Made by a program: the position numbers and the translations under genes
In this document: positions 25,885 through 40,449 of the stretch, piece by piece
Layout of the letters: every line of letters starts with the position of its first letter
Position numbering within the stretch: position 1 is the stretch's first letter
Origin: Catajapyx aquilonaris
Taxonomy: Eukaryota
NCBI GenBank assembly: GCA_000934665.2
Contig: KZ538638.1
Coordinates: 1-57,457, forward strand
Length of the DNA stretch: 57,457 nt
Reading direction: 5' to 3'
Notes under the pieces: model-generated
What the model was told of the DNA's origin: nothing
What the model saw: only the letters and a program-made list of their open reading frames with translations
Database searches by the model: none

Positions 25885-27670
25885 GCACAGAAAAAAAGAA
25901 CTCCCACAACAAGAGCCCTATGGACTCGCGTGACGTTGGAAAACACAATCCACCAAAAAAGGACAATTTAACATGAATAACTTATTTATTACACTTCCCC
26001 CATCGCAATCATCCTTAATCCTGATCCCAAAAACTTTTTTGTCGCCTGCCCTTTTCCACATCTTTATCATGAAACCTGCGATTTTTTGAGACTGGAACGG
26101 ACTGCGATGATTGGTGATTGAGGTGAAGACTTTCTTTACATATCTTTTGTTATTGTTTTTTTGAAAGTGCCTTCAGTGCCGTCGCGGTGACACTTTTTTT
26201 TTGCATTCGTGCGATGATTGCAGGGTTTCATTCCCTCTCTAACCTTTACCTTATATATAATTGCCTTTACCTGAACGTAAAAAATTATATATCCTCCACA
26301 CCCCCTTGTGTTCACTCAGTGGCGAAAGGAACCTTCGCCAGGTACCCTGTTTATCAATCATGTTCTATCAAGAATTTTTTTAATGAGTGAATAATTATGA
26401 GAAAAAAAAATGTGAGAAGAGTGGTGATCATGACTGCAAGTGAAAAAAGAAAAATCATGTGGACAAGGAGGAAACGTGGTGGACAGTGGAAATTTTTTAT
26501 GGCCACCTCCCGATTTTTTCACCAATCGATATACCTTTTCTTTCGAACAATTATTTTTGTACCCCCGTCTATATCTCTCCTCTCCTCCTCCTACCCCCCA
26601 CTACTTATATCCTACCCACAACCTTCCCTCTCCATTGTTGCCATTTATTCAACGACTTTAAAACAATAATGTTAGTGAATTGTTCTGAAGGCAAAGTCAG
26701 CCTCCCAAAGTAGTAGTGTAATCAGGAGTAATGAGAGAAAGATAATGTAAGAAAAAAATGAAAAATTTACACAAAAAAGTATTACAAGGTAAACTTAGTA
26801 AGTGATCTTAATTGTTGACGTGATCTCTTTTTTGTTGTCTTGGCAACAAGGACCTTTGTTTCCACGGGTCGTGATGAGCTGGACTATCATTATTATCGCT
26901 ATTATTGTTTCGACGAATTGTCAATGAGCATTCACTATTATTGCGCTATTATTGTGATTGACCTTTTTTTCTTTTTTTGTTCTTTAGGTGTGGTCGTGTT
27001 GATGGTTAGGTTTTTTTTGGTATTTCGTTATTATTATTTTTGACTGTTTAACTTGGTGACCAGGGTCCTTGTTGAAGCGGCAACAGCATTTTCTGCTCTA
27101 ATTTTTTGTGTTGTTGTCTTAGGCCGTTGCTTTGAATTGTTCAGCTCGTAAGTGACAGAGGTGTTCAAAAATGTATAGGGAAACACGAATCAATGGAGAA
27201 AAAAAGATAATGTAAGGTAGAGCCATTTTTTCGTGGAACACCTCTAACTGTCACAGTGAGTACGTAGCATTGGGATGGGATGGGGTTGAGTAAAATAGTA
27301 TTGAGGCTGACGGACCTTGCCGGACAGCAGTTAATAAAATATTCAACTGTGAGCTCCAAACACTTTTTTTTTTCTTTGAACAAAGACAGAGGTTCCTGTT
27401 AACCGAGCTAAGTCATTTTTTGCCCTTGGGGAGGGAAGTTTTTTGGTCCCCAAACAACCAATTTTTTTCGTGTGCCTTTTTTGTTACGTGGTACATGTAC
27501 TTACAATTGTGTTTTTTGAATGTGTTAAAGTATGAGTACTTTATGTAAAACTTTTGTACAGTGATGTATATTTATAGTGAAACGCCTGATGTGCTGTAAA
27601 TACTGGTAATTGAAATTGTCAATAAGAATGTTTCAATGTCAACTTTGAATAAAAGTCATGATCTATTTTT
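25885..27670 (+). other. Delta 3' UTR with polyadenylation signals
   Basis: U-rich sequence after the stop codon; AATAAA at 27333-27338 and 27648-27653, the latter preceded by several TGTA motifs. The exact 3' end is inferred. Confidence 0.6.
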
Positions 27671-30600
27671 TCAAGTACAAAAATATTCTTAGAATTTTTA
27701 ATTAGGCATGCCACAATCCTTCTTAGTCCCACACAGCTACCGCAATGCTGCTGGAAAGTGAAGCTGGTGCATCCAAGTGCCTTCGAGTCATCTGCCACTT
27801 TCACATCAGACCAGCTAGATCTACGCGAATCCAAGAGGTGAGTACTGCCTTGCATTTTTTTTCTGCTTCAACTTGTTGAGAGACAAGCATGTGAGTGTGC
27901 GATAGCTGCGAGTTAAATAACCCTACAACCAACCGGGCATGTGATAATCAGTGTACAACTTGGCCAGCAGCACCTGAATGGGATAAGAGCTGCTGCTTTT
28001 TTGAGGAACTCTCTTAACTGATGCCCCACTACCACTATCATGCGGCCCATTTAGGCAGGTTTTCAGGTTTAGAGCCTCCTGTCAGGGGTTGGAATATAGC
28101 TGAAGGGATAACAATTATTTATTGGCTTCCTGCGGAGATTGTGAGCAGTGTGGGAACTTGACCGGCAGCCATGATATGCTGCCTGCCCTCGTGTCGTCAT
28201 CCTATGAACCTGAACAAGGTGGATCTTTCATACACACTTTCTTTCCTGATCAGGATGAGGATGCTGCCCCTGCTTCTTCCAATCCCACCACTTTCCAACA
28301 GGTCCAAAAAATGGACCCCCTTATCTGCCTAATTCTGTCCAATGAATGGGACCATAAAAAACGAGTTGATGATCAAGATTCAGGTGGGCCAGGGTGTCTG
28401 TGGGGTGCTCCCAAAAGAAAAAGAAACGTGGGAAGGAAGACCGAGTCCCAACACCTGGATTTCATTCCCACCATGTGTGCCTTCCCAGGGGTTTCAAATG
28501 GTGCAAGAAAAGATGCCCAAAAATGCTGGTGATTCATGACCCCCCCGTCCTTATAATCAACCTTTCAATCATCACTGGTCGTTAACCTAATAATCGGCCT
28601 AAAAATGTTGCATCCTGTAGATGACTATGCGAGCAGGTCGGTTACGCGGTACTGGCTGACGTCCAGAGGAAATTAGGGGCCAACTTAGAAGCACAAGACG
28701 ACAGTCCTTTTTGCCCTACAACATCCCCCCCAGACCTGCTTGCAACCCTGTTTTTTGTTTTTGTTTTTTTTTTCCTTGAACCCACCCACCACCCACGCCC
28801 TCATCCCGAAAGCAAGGTGCACGGAGATACGGTTGGGGAGGCCTCCACAAAAGCAGGCCTTCTCATCTTCAGGACACCAGCAGCAGGAAGACAAGCACGA
28901 CTTGCCTCCGACTCCCGCACGATACACTACCCATACATACCCCTATCCACATTTTATTCCCACTTTCATCACGCACTCTGATTGGCCAAGCCACGGAATT
29001 GACCTTCAAAACTAATGTGTTGTCAGCTTAATTGCACTGGATCCGTTGCCTTTTGCAAGTGTTCGTCAGGTGAAAAGATTATTAACGCTGAATATGTATA
29101 GCTAGACATAGAACTGGATTTTGGAGCAGTTTTTATACTGGGATGGTTTTTAAATGGCCGGGATTGTAAAGCCGGATGGATACGGTACTGTATTTTGTAC
29201 ACGCACTGCCGCATGAATATGCATTTGAAGTGAGTGCAGGAAATTCGCTGCCCAAATCGTGTCAAACGGGCCTGTTTTTTAACGGGGACAAGTGCGAGCC
29301 TTTATGCATGTTAAGTGAGGTCTACACGTTTGGTATGTAAATCATGCGCAACTGTTTAACCCCATTTAATGTTGCTATTCTATTGAAACGAGGCGCGTGC
29401 CGTAACTCTCCAATCACTTTGGTATTGTTCGGTTACCATATCTACCACATGTTGTTTTAATACGAGAACACATATACATCAACGTCGGATTTAGGGTGGG
29501 ATTGCCTCAATTAGCGCAACATTTTGACCCAAACTAACCAGCATGTGCAGTGTCCTTCATGTATCTCATGAATGAATCACCATATATTTTCTATCATTAT
29601 TAATTTTTGCGCAATATTCACAACTATATGCAGAATTCCTTCCTATTTGGATTTGAAATTCCTATTTCGAAGCGCTGTACACTCGGTCACCAGTTAGACC
29701 GAGTTAGATAGGGTCACGTATACTGACAAGGCTGACTGACTGTCAAAACGGTTCGATTTTGACCGTGAACCTTCCTATTGCATTTCTCCGTGATATCATG
29801 GTACTGACTTACTTGTCTTTGAACTTGACTCTATTTGTAAGCCCCCATGAGGGCTAGGTCGAGCTAGGCTCTGCAAATATTGTTGTACAAATTGAACTCA
29901 ATGTCGATAAGCGGACGACTTTCTAAGCCCATCTTAGTTCAACAGGTATGCAAACACTAAAGAATCAACTCGAAAATGTATGCAATTTTCTACCTCTAGC
30001 TACGCCCACGTATAAAATGACAGACTGGCTACCTCGTACATGACACGTGCTGTAGAATATATTCCACATGCACCGTTTCAATCGATGACAAATGCCCGAC
30101 TTGCCGCTAAACTCCATTACCATAATCCATACACTTACGTAATGTGGACATGACTCGTGAAGGGCTGAGGCGCCAAAAAAAAATCAACACCATTGTTACC
30201 CCCCTTTTGTCCATCCAATTTTTTGATGCGTCAAGTCGTTAGTGAGAATCCCAGCAAAAAATGGCACGCACTCTCGGAGGGATCCCTATTGTATCCTTTG
30301 ATGTGCCAAATAGCTCCCCCCCCCACCTCCCTTATTTTCAAAATTCCCTCTGCCACCTGTAACACCTTTTACCTTTTGGGGGGCTACCAAAGCGGCACTG
30401 ATTGAAGCAAAACCTCCGTTTTCCAACAGCATTATTCTGGGGAGGAAGATGCCAGATACTTCCAATTTATTCTCCTGTGACCAATCCCATTAGGACGGGA
30501 GAAAGAGCAAGGGGGTAAATTGCGGTTTGGGGAAAAGAAGAAGAAAAAAAAAAATCTTGAGTTTTTATGATGGGACACGTTGGCCACTCTTCGCCTTCCT

Positions 30601-33600
30601 TCATCCAACAACTCTTTTGTGTGTTGTTCCAGCGGACTCCTTCAGTTTGGTTTCAACACTGCTTACTCTGCCTTATCGTTGTTGTTTTTTTTTGTATATT
30701 GGGGCCGCCTTCTAGTGGGCTACTTTAGGAACTTTTCTATCATATATTGGTTCGGATGAAATTGAGAAAGTGGGAAAGAATTTTGGGGCTGTTTTTTTAT
30801 TAGATTTTAGGAGTTGCCGCCCAAAAAATTGCGGGTTTTGCAACCAGTGGGTAATGAATTGAGTAAAACTAGTTGATGCATTTTTTTAAAGTGTAGAGAG
30901 TATTAGGCAGGAAGGGAAACTCATTTTTTCCCACTGTGCTCAGGCGTAGGATGAACCGGATGAGGAAAGGGGCAGTTCTTGTCTGTACACTTTGGCCATT
31001 ACATTCATTGCTTGTGGTAAAACCGATTCGAGGAAATCGAATAGGAATCAATCAAGTATTGGTTGCTCTAGTTTAGGACGGGCGGACTGCACCTCATCCA
31101 TCATAATTTGTGTGTCAGGCAGTGAAAAAGCTGAATGAACCGAATCGTTCATATTTGGAACAAAATAGAGCCGAACTATTCCGTATAGTCATAAGCCACT
31201 TATAACGCAGCAGGAACTGGTTTTTACTATAATACCATGTAATTTCAGACTAATTAATCGGTACATATAAAGTAAATCCCCATATACAACAGCTGAGAAT
31301 GCAAGCTGCCAAGGTCTGAATTCGCAATCATGTGGATGGAAGCATACAATGTTCGCATGCTTTGTCAATGTTCCTCTTGCCTTTTGTATATCGAGTTCTT
31401 GATTTCAGACTGCCATTTAGTGGAGCCACTCGGTACTGGTACTACCGTAGATGTATTGAATTAAGTATGTGACCTAAGCGCAGGTTTGAAAATGATTATG
31501 CATTTTTCCAAAATCCGTTGCAGTCGAGCTCATTAAAAGCGACGTAAGAAGAATACTTTTTCCGCAACTTTTCCCCACGAGTAATATCATTCTACATGTG
31601 ATTCGTCTGTTTACATTACGGAACGTGCAATATAATCGTGTAGGGTGGCGAATAAGTAGCGAAACTGGGCCTGAGGGTAAACCCCTAAGAAGACAATTGC
31701 CGGAAGTTAAATATCTGTGTGAGAGATTTTTGCCTATGACCGCCGCCTTTCGCTGGCCAGGCGGAAACGACTGCTATCCTTTCCTTCCCATCCGATGACC
31801 TTTGCCCCTTTGGGGAGGTCAATTTGCGAAAACGCGAGGAAGGAAATTACGTGCCAGGTGCGTACGTGCAGGCTCCCAAAAATTGCAAATATTTTAACCC
31901 CCCCCCCCCCCCNCTAGAATTTAGGGTGTGACATTGAGATACATCGGTTTTTGAATGAATGGTCATAATGTGTTCTTCCTTGGTTGGCATGGCAGAAAAG
32001 AGGTGGCTGACCTCTCGTCTCCCGTGAGCAAGCTGCCTTGGCTTCCATCTTGATAACAGCAAAAGGCAGGAAACGAGCCTCAATAAAGAAAAGTAGGGGG
32101 GAGGAGGTGGGGAGGAGGGGTGTATGTGGACATGATGCTTGGGAAGAAGAGGCCACCTGTATGCACGTGCACGGTGCGTTACCTTCCCCTCCGGACATTT
32201 TGCAAAAAAAACAAAAAAAAACATATGCAACGTGGGGCCATTTTTTTTTTGCAAGTATGGTACGTCCAATAATGAACGAATTTTTTTAAACAAATTTTTT
32301 AGTAGAAAGCGGCATCCGGAGTTTGCATATTGTCACGAACATGCTTTGTCACTCGCCTACTGACCAATTTCAACTTAGCTTTCTCCCTAGTGTGCAGACA
32401 TGTCTGAATTCGGACCCATCGCGCTTCCCATGCTGTGATTGGGTTTGTCACGGTTGGCTCCGATCAAATTGCCCTTGGAACTTTACAAGTCGAACCGAAA
32501 CCGAGACACGAAAGCACCGCAAATTTAGTAAACTTTTCTTTGCCATTTTCGACCGATATCCGCACGAAACCTTCGAAAGAAAAATTTTCCTTCTGTCTTA
32601 ACATGCAACCTGACAGTACACCCACCGGCTTTAAGCATCGGTAATATTAAATTTCAAATGATGTTTTTCGGGCTGTACTACCAGTACCTGATTTGAGACA
32701 TGTGGAGAAAAGCAATCCGGACTTGTTTTTTTCTCCAACCGAATTTAAAAATAGGTATAATTAATTCGGAAGACAGGGAAGGCTAGTCTTCCCTAAGGGC
32801 TTTCAAGTAATACAGGAAGTCCCGAAGAGGAGGAGGGTGGAAGGAGCCCACTCATTTTATTCTAACCCCCTGGAAGCCCCCACTAATTGCAAGAGAGGGG
32901 GCTGCCTTCGTTAGGCCCGAAAAGTTGGTCAGGAAACCTGACCAATCTTTGTCTCCATCAGAAGCCAAACGGCATTAAAACCTCGCCTTTTATGTTCCCA
33001 CACTGTGTGGCGGCAAAAATTTTAAGGGCTTAGTTGTAGCCCCCCCCCCCCCAATCTGAAAATTTTTATATCCTCGGAATTTGTAGTCCGAAATGCTCGA
33101 AATGTATCATCCTCCTCTTATCCATCACAGCTTTTCACTTTACAGGCTACCTGACACTCAACAAGGTCTTATCAACACAAGTCCACAAGATATCAAAGTC
33201 AACACATCCAACACAATCCACCCCACCTCCCCACAACAAATCCAAACACAGACCGTGAGAAAAGTTTCTTGCTAGTTATCTAATCGGTCGGCTTCAAATG
33301 CAAGGAAAAGCATGCAATGATGCATTTCCGCCTATGACTCTTTTCAAGAAGTGGTGTTTAGGAGGTGGAGAAGGGGAGGTGGAATGGACGTGTCTCTTGT
33401 TGTTGTATGTGTGTGTGTGTGTTTTTTTTTTTTTGCGTGGGAAATGCATTCCGGATCTGCAGGGAATTCGATCTGGCTCATGCTAATCGCTGTCGTCACT
33501 TTATTGCTGGCCGTGAGGAAGTCTTCCAGTTTATTGCTCGGAAATATGCGACGCGATTTTTGCGTGGGAAAGTCAACCCCTGGCTCGGGAAATTGTGGTA

Positions 33601-36600
33601 GGAAATAATTAATAGGATGATTTGCACTTAGCTACTGCAGTGCATTCACACCAGCAAATTATACTGCGCTATAAATCGTGACAGAACTATACAAAGAAAT
33701 TGGCCAATTACAACGTGATCTCAAATTAGTGGTTAATGCGAATATTTAAAGCGCACCCCTTACCTTCAATTTACTGCGATAAAATGCGGGGTTGCATTTC
33801 TCTTTTGGTCCTCTTAAATTCGTGTATAAGTGTTGGGCCATAGGCGGAAAGGGGCTATTAACGCTATTAAGAACTTGTACGTACAGTGTGATTCAACAAA
33901 TCGCTGCCAGTTGATATAAGAAGGTTATGATAGCAGTTACGCCAATTTGAATAGCTCAGTTCAACTGATTGGTTCACATAGTTCATGCAACTGATATTAT
34001 CAAACTATCATGCGAGATACCGATTACTGTTATAACTTACATAGGTGCATACGTGCATTGCAACTGATAGAATTTTTAGTTACGTTATTTAATTCAGAAC
34101 TACTGGAATACCAATGGCATCTGCATCTGTGGTTAATATAATTCCATATTCAGAGAGAAAATATTGTCTTATAAAAAAGTTTTGGCCAAATACACAACCA
34201 CGCACACTCAACCAAGGTGAATGAAGTTTATAGAAAAATAAGTGATGATGGTTGTATAGCTCCAGGATACATTTGGGCAAAACTTTTTTTTTTTTTTTGA
34301 CAAACAGTCATGTTTTGTCAGGTCATTCTCGGACTTTTCTGCCAAAAAATGAAATACCGGGGACTGCATTTTGTGTATTTAACATTAAACTGTGAAAACG
34401 AAGTAATTGTTCATGTACAGTTTTGTACCACAATTATTCTTCAAACTCATCCAACTCGAACCTTCCACAACTAGTTTTTTCTAGTCACTCGGAGATTCGA
34501 GTTCCACTATATGTCAATGCGATCCATATCACTGATGAGTTACTTATCCCCCAATCAAGATACGAACGAACCAAGATGGCCGCGTACTTATGTCCCTCAG
34601 GAGGCCATCTTGAGGTCCCCAGCCCGGTTGGACCCATGGAGAACCGGTCATTGAATAAAAAGAGGGACAGTCATCGATGGGGTGAGTAATCCAACGCTAT
34701 CATCCGATTAGCACGCAAAAAAACCCACACTCTGAATGCCCTCCCCTGGAGAGTGCGAGTCGCAATTGGCACCAACGTGAGTTTTGTGCTCGAATCATGA
34801 GTGGAAATCCTGTTTGCCTGCTCACATAAGTATGCAGAGTGCGTTCTACCCCTCCCCCTCCTTCCAAACACCGCCCCCCAAAACTCCTTAATTTAAACAC
34901 ACCGGAAACACACCTCCCCGCCACCACCTCAGCTACCTCCGACCTTGGCCGTGGCTGCCCAGGGGCAAGAAAGACCAACGAAGGAAGGAAGGGGGTGATT
35001 CCTTTTCTAACCCAAGTCCATTTACCCCCTTCCTTTTTCCATTCATGCTGCTTTTCGGAGGAGACCCCTTAAGGGAGACACAGAACAGAAAAAAAAAGTG
35101 TTCCGGGCCCCTTTTCCTGTTGCTACCTCTCACCTAACACATTTCATTCTTGGTGAGGCCTCCGGATGTGGGAGCAACCCAGGAGGAATATGAAACTGTA
35201 GGTCCTACCCTCTGATTTCAAACTAGGATCGTTTCCAGCTTTTTTTTATTATTGGTGTTTAATACGTGTGTACTCACGTACTACGTGTATGACTAGGTGG
35301 CTGCACGAAACCTGAACTTTTTTTTACTGGGGGTGTGATGGTAAAAATGTGTGCAATTACGTGGCGTGGAAATTGCGCGTGTGTTTTGCGAGAGTGGGAG
35401 AGATGATGAGTGTTATCCTGGGCAGGTATGCAACTTAAGTGACGCGCGTGTTCGCCTGGCTGTCCATTCGTCAGGGGCAGGAGCGGGACTTCAAAATAGG
35501 ATTTTCAAAATTTTCAAAAATCGCACTATTTACTTTTTGTACTTTATATACGTACAGGCTGTATCAACAAGGATGCCTTTTTGTTCAAATGCATCACTCT
35601 GACTAATTTGGCCTCCCTCTGTTGTTGCTAATTTGCTATCGTAGCCTACTCTCTGAACCTGAATTTGAAAATTGCAATTTCTATACATGTTGAAACGAGA
35701 AGCTGTCCCAACTTTCTCCACCGGCTTGACCCCTTGACATCCAGCCACTATGACATTCATGTCGCGCATCCAATTCCAAGATGCGGTGCTACATACAATG
35801 CAGAAAGTGACACAGCCTCGCGCAACTCAAAATCAATCGCGCTCATTTCAATGACCCCGAAAAAAGCCTACTACTCTCCGGCCATTTGACTCGAGTTTGT
35901 TTGTCGCTAGTTGCCAGGAATCGACACGAATGGCATTACTTATGCATGTTTAAGTGCGGGATATATCACCTAGATAGTATCAGCGACTTAATCACAGTAT
36001 CCTTCGGCGCCAATCGAGTATTCCTATCGCGCCGGCTATATGTATATGAGGGGGGCCCTCCCAAGTATAAATGGAACTGACCGTGAGGAAGGCCAAGTGG
36101 ACAATAGTAGCCTTGGCCGTGGTGAATAATACAGGTTGTGGCCATATTATAGTTTGAGAATGGGTACCGGCCGGCACCTGTTGATGTTTGCCCAGGTGCT
36201 CATCTCTGACGCACGACATGTTTGTGCAACGTGATGTCCTAAACTGGCCTCAAAAATCATGAAGGTGTCAGCCATTTTTTGGAGGGAGAACTGATGGCCT
36301 CTAGGGAGGGAAACATTGCATATCGTGAATACTGCAATGGTCCAAATCGTGACCCATCCAGCTCACGCTTCTCAAATCCACGGGCAAATGGAGCGTATAA
36401 TCACCATGATTGGCTCGGGTATTACACGCTGCGAAATTGGACAATTTTTGCCATTTCATTTTCTAGCCAATCCTTGGAAACAAGTGGCTGGGTCTGGCTG
36501 GCTGCAGGGGATGGATCTTTTACTCCCAGGCCTTTTCCTACCGGGACTCACCAAACCTCCTTCTCCACCCCCTCCTCCGCCTCTTCCCTCCTCCGAAACA

Positions 36601-38612
36601 TTTCTTGGCCTCAGCTTTGTCCATAGGCCTTCTCTGCTGGCTCTTTCGTTCCCACGCTAGGAAGCCAGGTGGCGCCCTCAACCCCGTTGCCAAGTCACTC
36701 ACCATCTTTTTGCCCGCCTTACAATCTCGGACCATGTCTTTTGTTTCCGGAATCGGATGGAGGACAACGCGTTTGCTTCATTTTTACACACTTTTGCATA
36801 TGGCAAAATGGTTTTTTTTTCCGTGCTGAATTGGGGATAAAAATATAAAAAAAAAGCGGTTGTTATAATTTCCGCGATGGATGTACGTGGGATTTCTGAC
36901 TCCCGACCTTGGAGCATCATTGGATCTAAGTATAATCTATGATATTATTTATATGCATATTTAAAAAAATAAACAGGCGGACAGCGTTTAATTTACGTGA
37001 AATCGGATGGGAACTTGCTTGTTTTCGTAAACATAAGAGTTAGAAAATGTTTTTCTCTCCCACTCTGGAATGGTCCAAGGTTTCCCATGCAGGGGTCGAA
37101 AAATCGGCTACCTACCCGAAAAACCTACCCACCTCCCCTCTAATTACCGGCGCGGCACCTTGAAAAATCCCTCTTTTCTGTCGGGGGGGAAAATCCGGCA
37201 ACGCGGCCACCAGGTTATTTCAACGGAACGGGCCTTCAAAACCCCACTCCCCACCAACCCACCTACCTTAAAAAGTCCTCATAAAAACGGAACCCCTCAA
37301 AGTTGCTCCCCAATCCCACCCACCTCCCCACCCCAACCCTCTCCTTCTTAATATTCACCTCTGCTGCCGATCCAAAGCCAATTAAATCCTGGGAAGAAAC
37401 AACATGGACACGTCAAAGTACAGCATTGGAAACATTGCACTCTTTAAATGTGCATAAGGTGGTTCCATTTTTGCATTTTTATCGGCCCGATTCATCTAGT
37501 AGGAATCAATATGCCTATTGCGATATATCCCCAGATAGACTCTCTAGAGATCGAATTAATACTCAAGTTGATTATATAATCAGGGTTGACAATCAGGTAA
37601 TGACGCAAACCATGGAATGTTAGGAGGGTAAAAAAAGATATGTAAAAATTAGCCAAAGGTGGACATCTCAGTCCCGTTTTTTTTTCGCAACATTTGTGGA
37701 CACAAAAAAAGGCCTAAATGCGACCTTCCAAACAGTTTTTGCGATGTCGCAGTTCAAAAACCTCATGGAAGGTGAACAAGAAGTTGCAATTATGCCTTAC
37801 TCCTGAAGGCTCACACCACTGATTTTCCGGAGATTAATGGGTGGAAGAACAGTTATGAAAATCACACACGCATCATGTTCCTTTCAGAAGTTGTCCGTTG
37901 TGGAAAATAAGCTGGAACATATGACACTTTACTAAACACCGTTCAGTTCTCCCTATACAAAACTTTGGCTTATTTTCATCTCGTTTTATGTACATCCGAT
38001 AAACTTCGAGTCAACATTGACACAGTTTTAGCGTCTCTTTCCACTTGAAGAAAAGCGAAAAACGTTTAGGCAAACATGCAGGTGCGCGGCTATACATATC
38101 AAAGCACATAATTGCATTACCTTCTCTCGCGATAGCTTGTGATTGGACATTCAACACCCTAGTGTTGGAGGATAGCATTAAGCAACCTCTTCTTAAGATC
38201 TTCTTTCACCTGACATCCCTCCTCCAAAGCGCAATAAATAACCCTCCCTTTTACAGAGGAGCTTAAGCAGTGAAGAAACCAACTGTGAAATTATAATAAG
38301 GATTGTGATGATAAAGGAGACTGAAAAAAAAGTGGCTTCTTCAAAAATAGGTCTAATTATACACGACTTATGGTTGTCAGTAAGTGGCAACCCTTTCTCT
38401 TTTCACATGCAAACAGCGTTGTACGCATCTTTTTTACATGGGAAGTTGGGCTCCTGCGGTTACTTACTGCAAACGGGTGATGTTACAGGAAGCCAAAAGG
38501 CATCTGTGATGACACCAGGGGGCGTTACTGAACCCTGAACCTATAATAATTATCACCGGTTTTTCTTGGGGATTCCACCCTTGGGCTCCCTCCATTCCCC
38601 CCCCCCCCCCCC

Positions 38613-38638
38613 NNNNNNNNNNNNNNNNNNNNNNNNNN
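38613..38638. other. Assembly gap (26 N) between a poly-C and a poly-G run
   Basis: N run flanked by homopolymers; the true length is unknown. Confidence 0.97.
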
Positions 38639-40449
38639 GGGGGGGGGGGGGGGGCTCCTTTTTTTCTATTTTCATAGTAAGGCCTACAGTGGCGGCTCCT
38701 AAAAGAGCGGTTATCATCGGTGGGGGTAGAACAGCCCACAAAAAGGTTCATAGCCTGTGTTTGTGTGTGGCTTGTGTCAGATCCCAACAAGTGGTGTCAC
38801 GTGAGCTTCTGGGCTCCAACTTTGAGATTCTTCCAGGAAAATCGTGCTCATGATGGAAAGATAGGAAGAAGGCACTCCATCTTATTTTTGGAGGGCTAAC
38901 AAAGACCGGGCGTAATGGCCCGGCCCTTTATATGGCATCAACCGATATGGAGACTGCAACGCTGGTATCAGCCACTAATTGACACTGTTACTCAATGCTT
39001 TCTAAACAACATTAGGGACATGTGATATCATTTTATTGAGATCCATTGAACCTTTACTAATGAGCTTTTGTTGAAAATTTGTAACGGTTGATTCAGCCAA
39101 ATGCTTTTAATATGTTAAATCTATGTGAGAAATAACTTAATACGCGTTCCAGCTAACAGGTGCCAACACAACTACTAATGCACCGCCATTAACCGCTTAT
39201 CCTCAACAAGGCCCATTAATTTTGATACCCCTAAATTTATGTACCGGCCTTATTTTTGCATCTACTCCCTTTTGGTAAGCCTCCCCAGGGGAAAAAAAAA
39301 ACTAAGAAGCGATATACCACCCACTTGGCCGTCAAAACATTCCCGAGGCGGCAAATGAGACTTGAAAAGGGTTACGGGCCACTTGTGCCTACACGCCCAT
39401 ATGATAGCCCCGTCTAAATACGGTCCACAAATGGTTCGAACGTGATAGTGCGCAGACTCAAAAGGCGGGTATTTCCGTGTAGGTGTTATCAAACCATTTT
39501 TTTTCTCTATCGCTCTCTTTTAAACGAGGGGAATGAGACCGGTCTAGAAAAAAAATATTTACATCCCAGACGATATTTTGAAGAGCAGAAACCGTTAGGT
39601 GGCTACCCTGCTGAGGATCCTTGCCCAAGAAACCAACCGATTCCCAAAGGACCATAAAATAAATCGGGAGGGGTTTCCTGTTCACAATGCACGCAATATT
39701 AAAAACAAGTGCTTTTGTGTTCCAGCCTTTTACAATGGGTGAAGCATTTGTGGCGGGTAAGCACATACACACACACAAAAAATAAACATAAGTGGGCTGT
39801 TGTTGAGTGCACTTATGTGTGCGTGAGGTCGACCACAAACTGCCGCCACTTTTCAGGAGATGGAGAAATGTACCGGAGACACACAGGTCCATTATTAATT
39901 GGAAACTGGGCAATTCATTGCTTGGAAGATAACGGTCCTTACAACTTATTCGTTTGCTAGGGGCAGGTAGCTCATCGCCTCTTCAGTCGGGGTATTAGTC
40001 ATGTTAAATGCTGGTTTTTTCGGTAGCACTCTAATGTGTGGGAGTAATTACTGTTGTTTGCGTAGTTTATGTGAATGCTTTCAAGTGTTTTAGAGAGTTA
40101 CAGATTTTTAAAAGCGTCTGGCCTAATAATTTAGACTAAATAACAAGCATGTGCTGCATATGTTCAATTTGAACAAAACGCAGCTTTGTGCACATAAGTA
40201 CGTACTTAAGTTGCGGATATAAAATGTGATACGAACTGTCCTTGTTAGTGAAAGGTTTCAGGATCTAAGCGCATTGATATAATGATTGGAGGATGTTGTG
40301 CCAGATAATACCAGCAGATGTAAAAGTGAAAGCCAGTTTACCCCCCCCCCCCNCCCCTGTATAGCTAGTTTCTGGGATATCCCCCGGCTGGACAATTACA
40401 AATTTAAAGCTTGTAATTGAGCCGTAACATGCTCAAAATGCTACATAAC

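Noticed and set aside
28427..28472. Head-to-head Su(H) sites as a paired site (SPS); similarly 23498-23538
   Set aside because: Spacers are 30 and 25 bp rather than the 15-17 bp of true SPS elements, and one site in each pair is imperfect.
38597..38654. Poly-C / poly-G hairpin around the N run, and other poly-C/G tracts with single Ns (18301, 31913, 40353, 42824, 44825, 49383)
   Set aside because: Homopolymer sequencing and assembly artefacts; lengths are unreliable, so no structure can be claimed.
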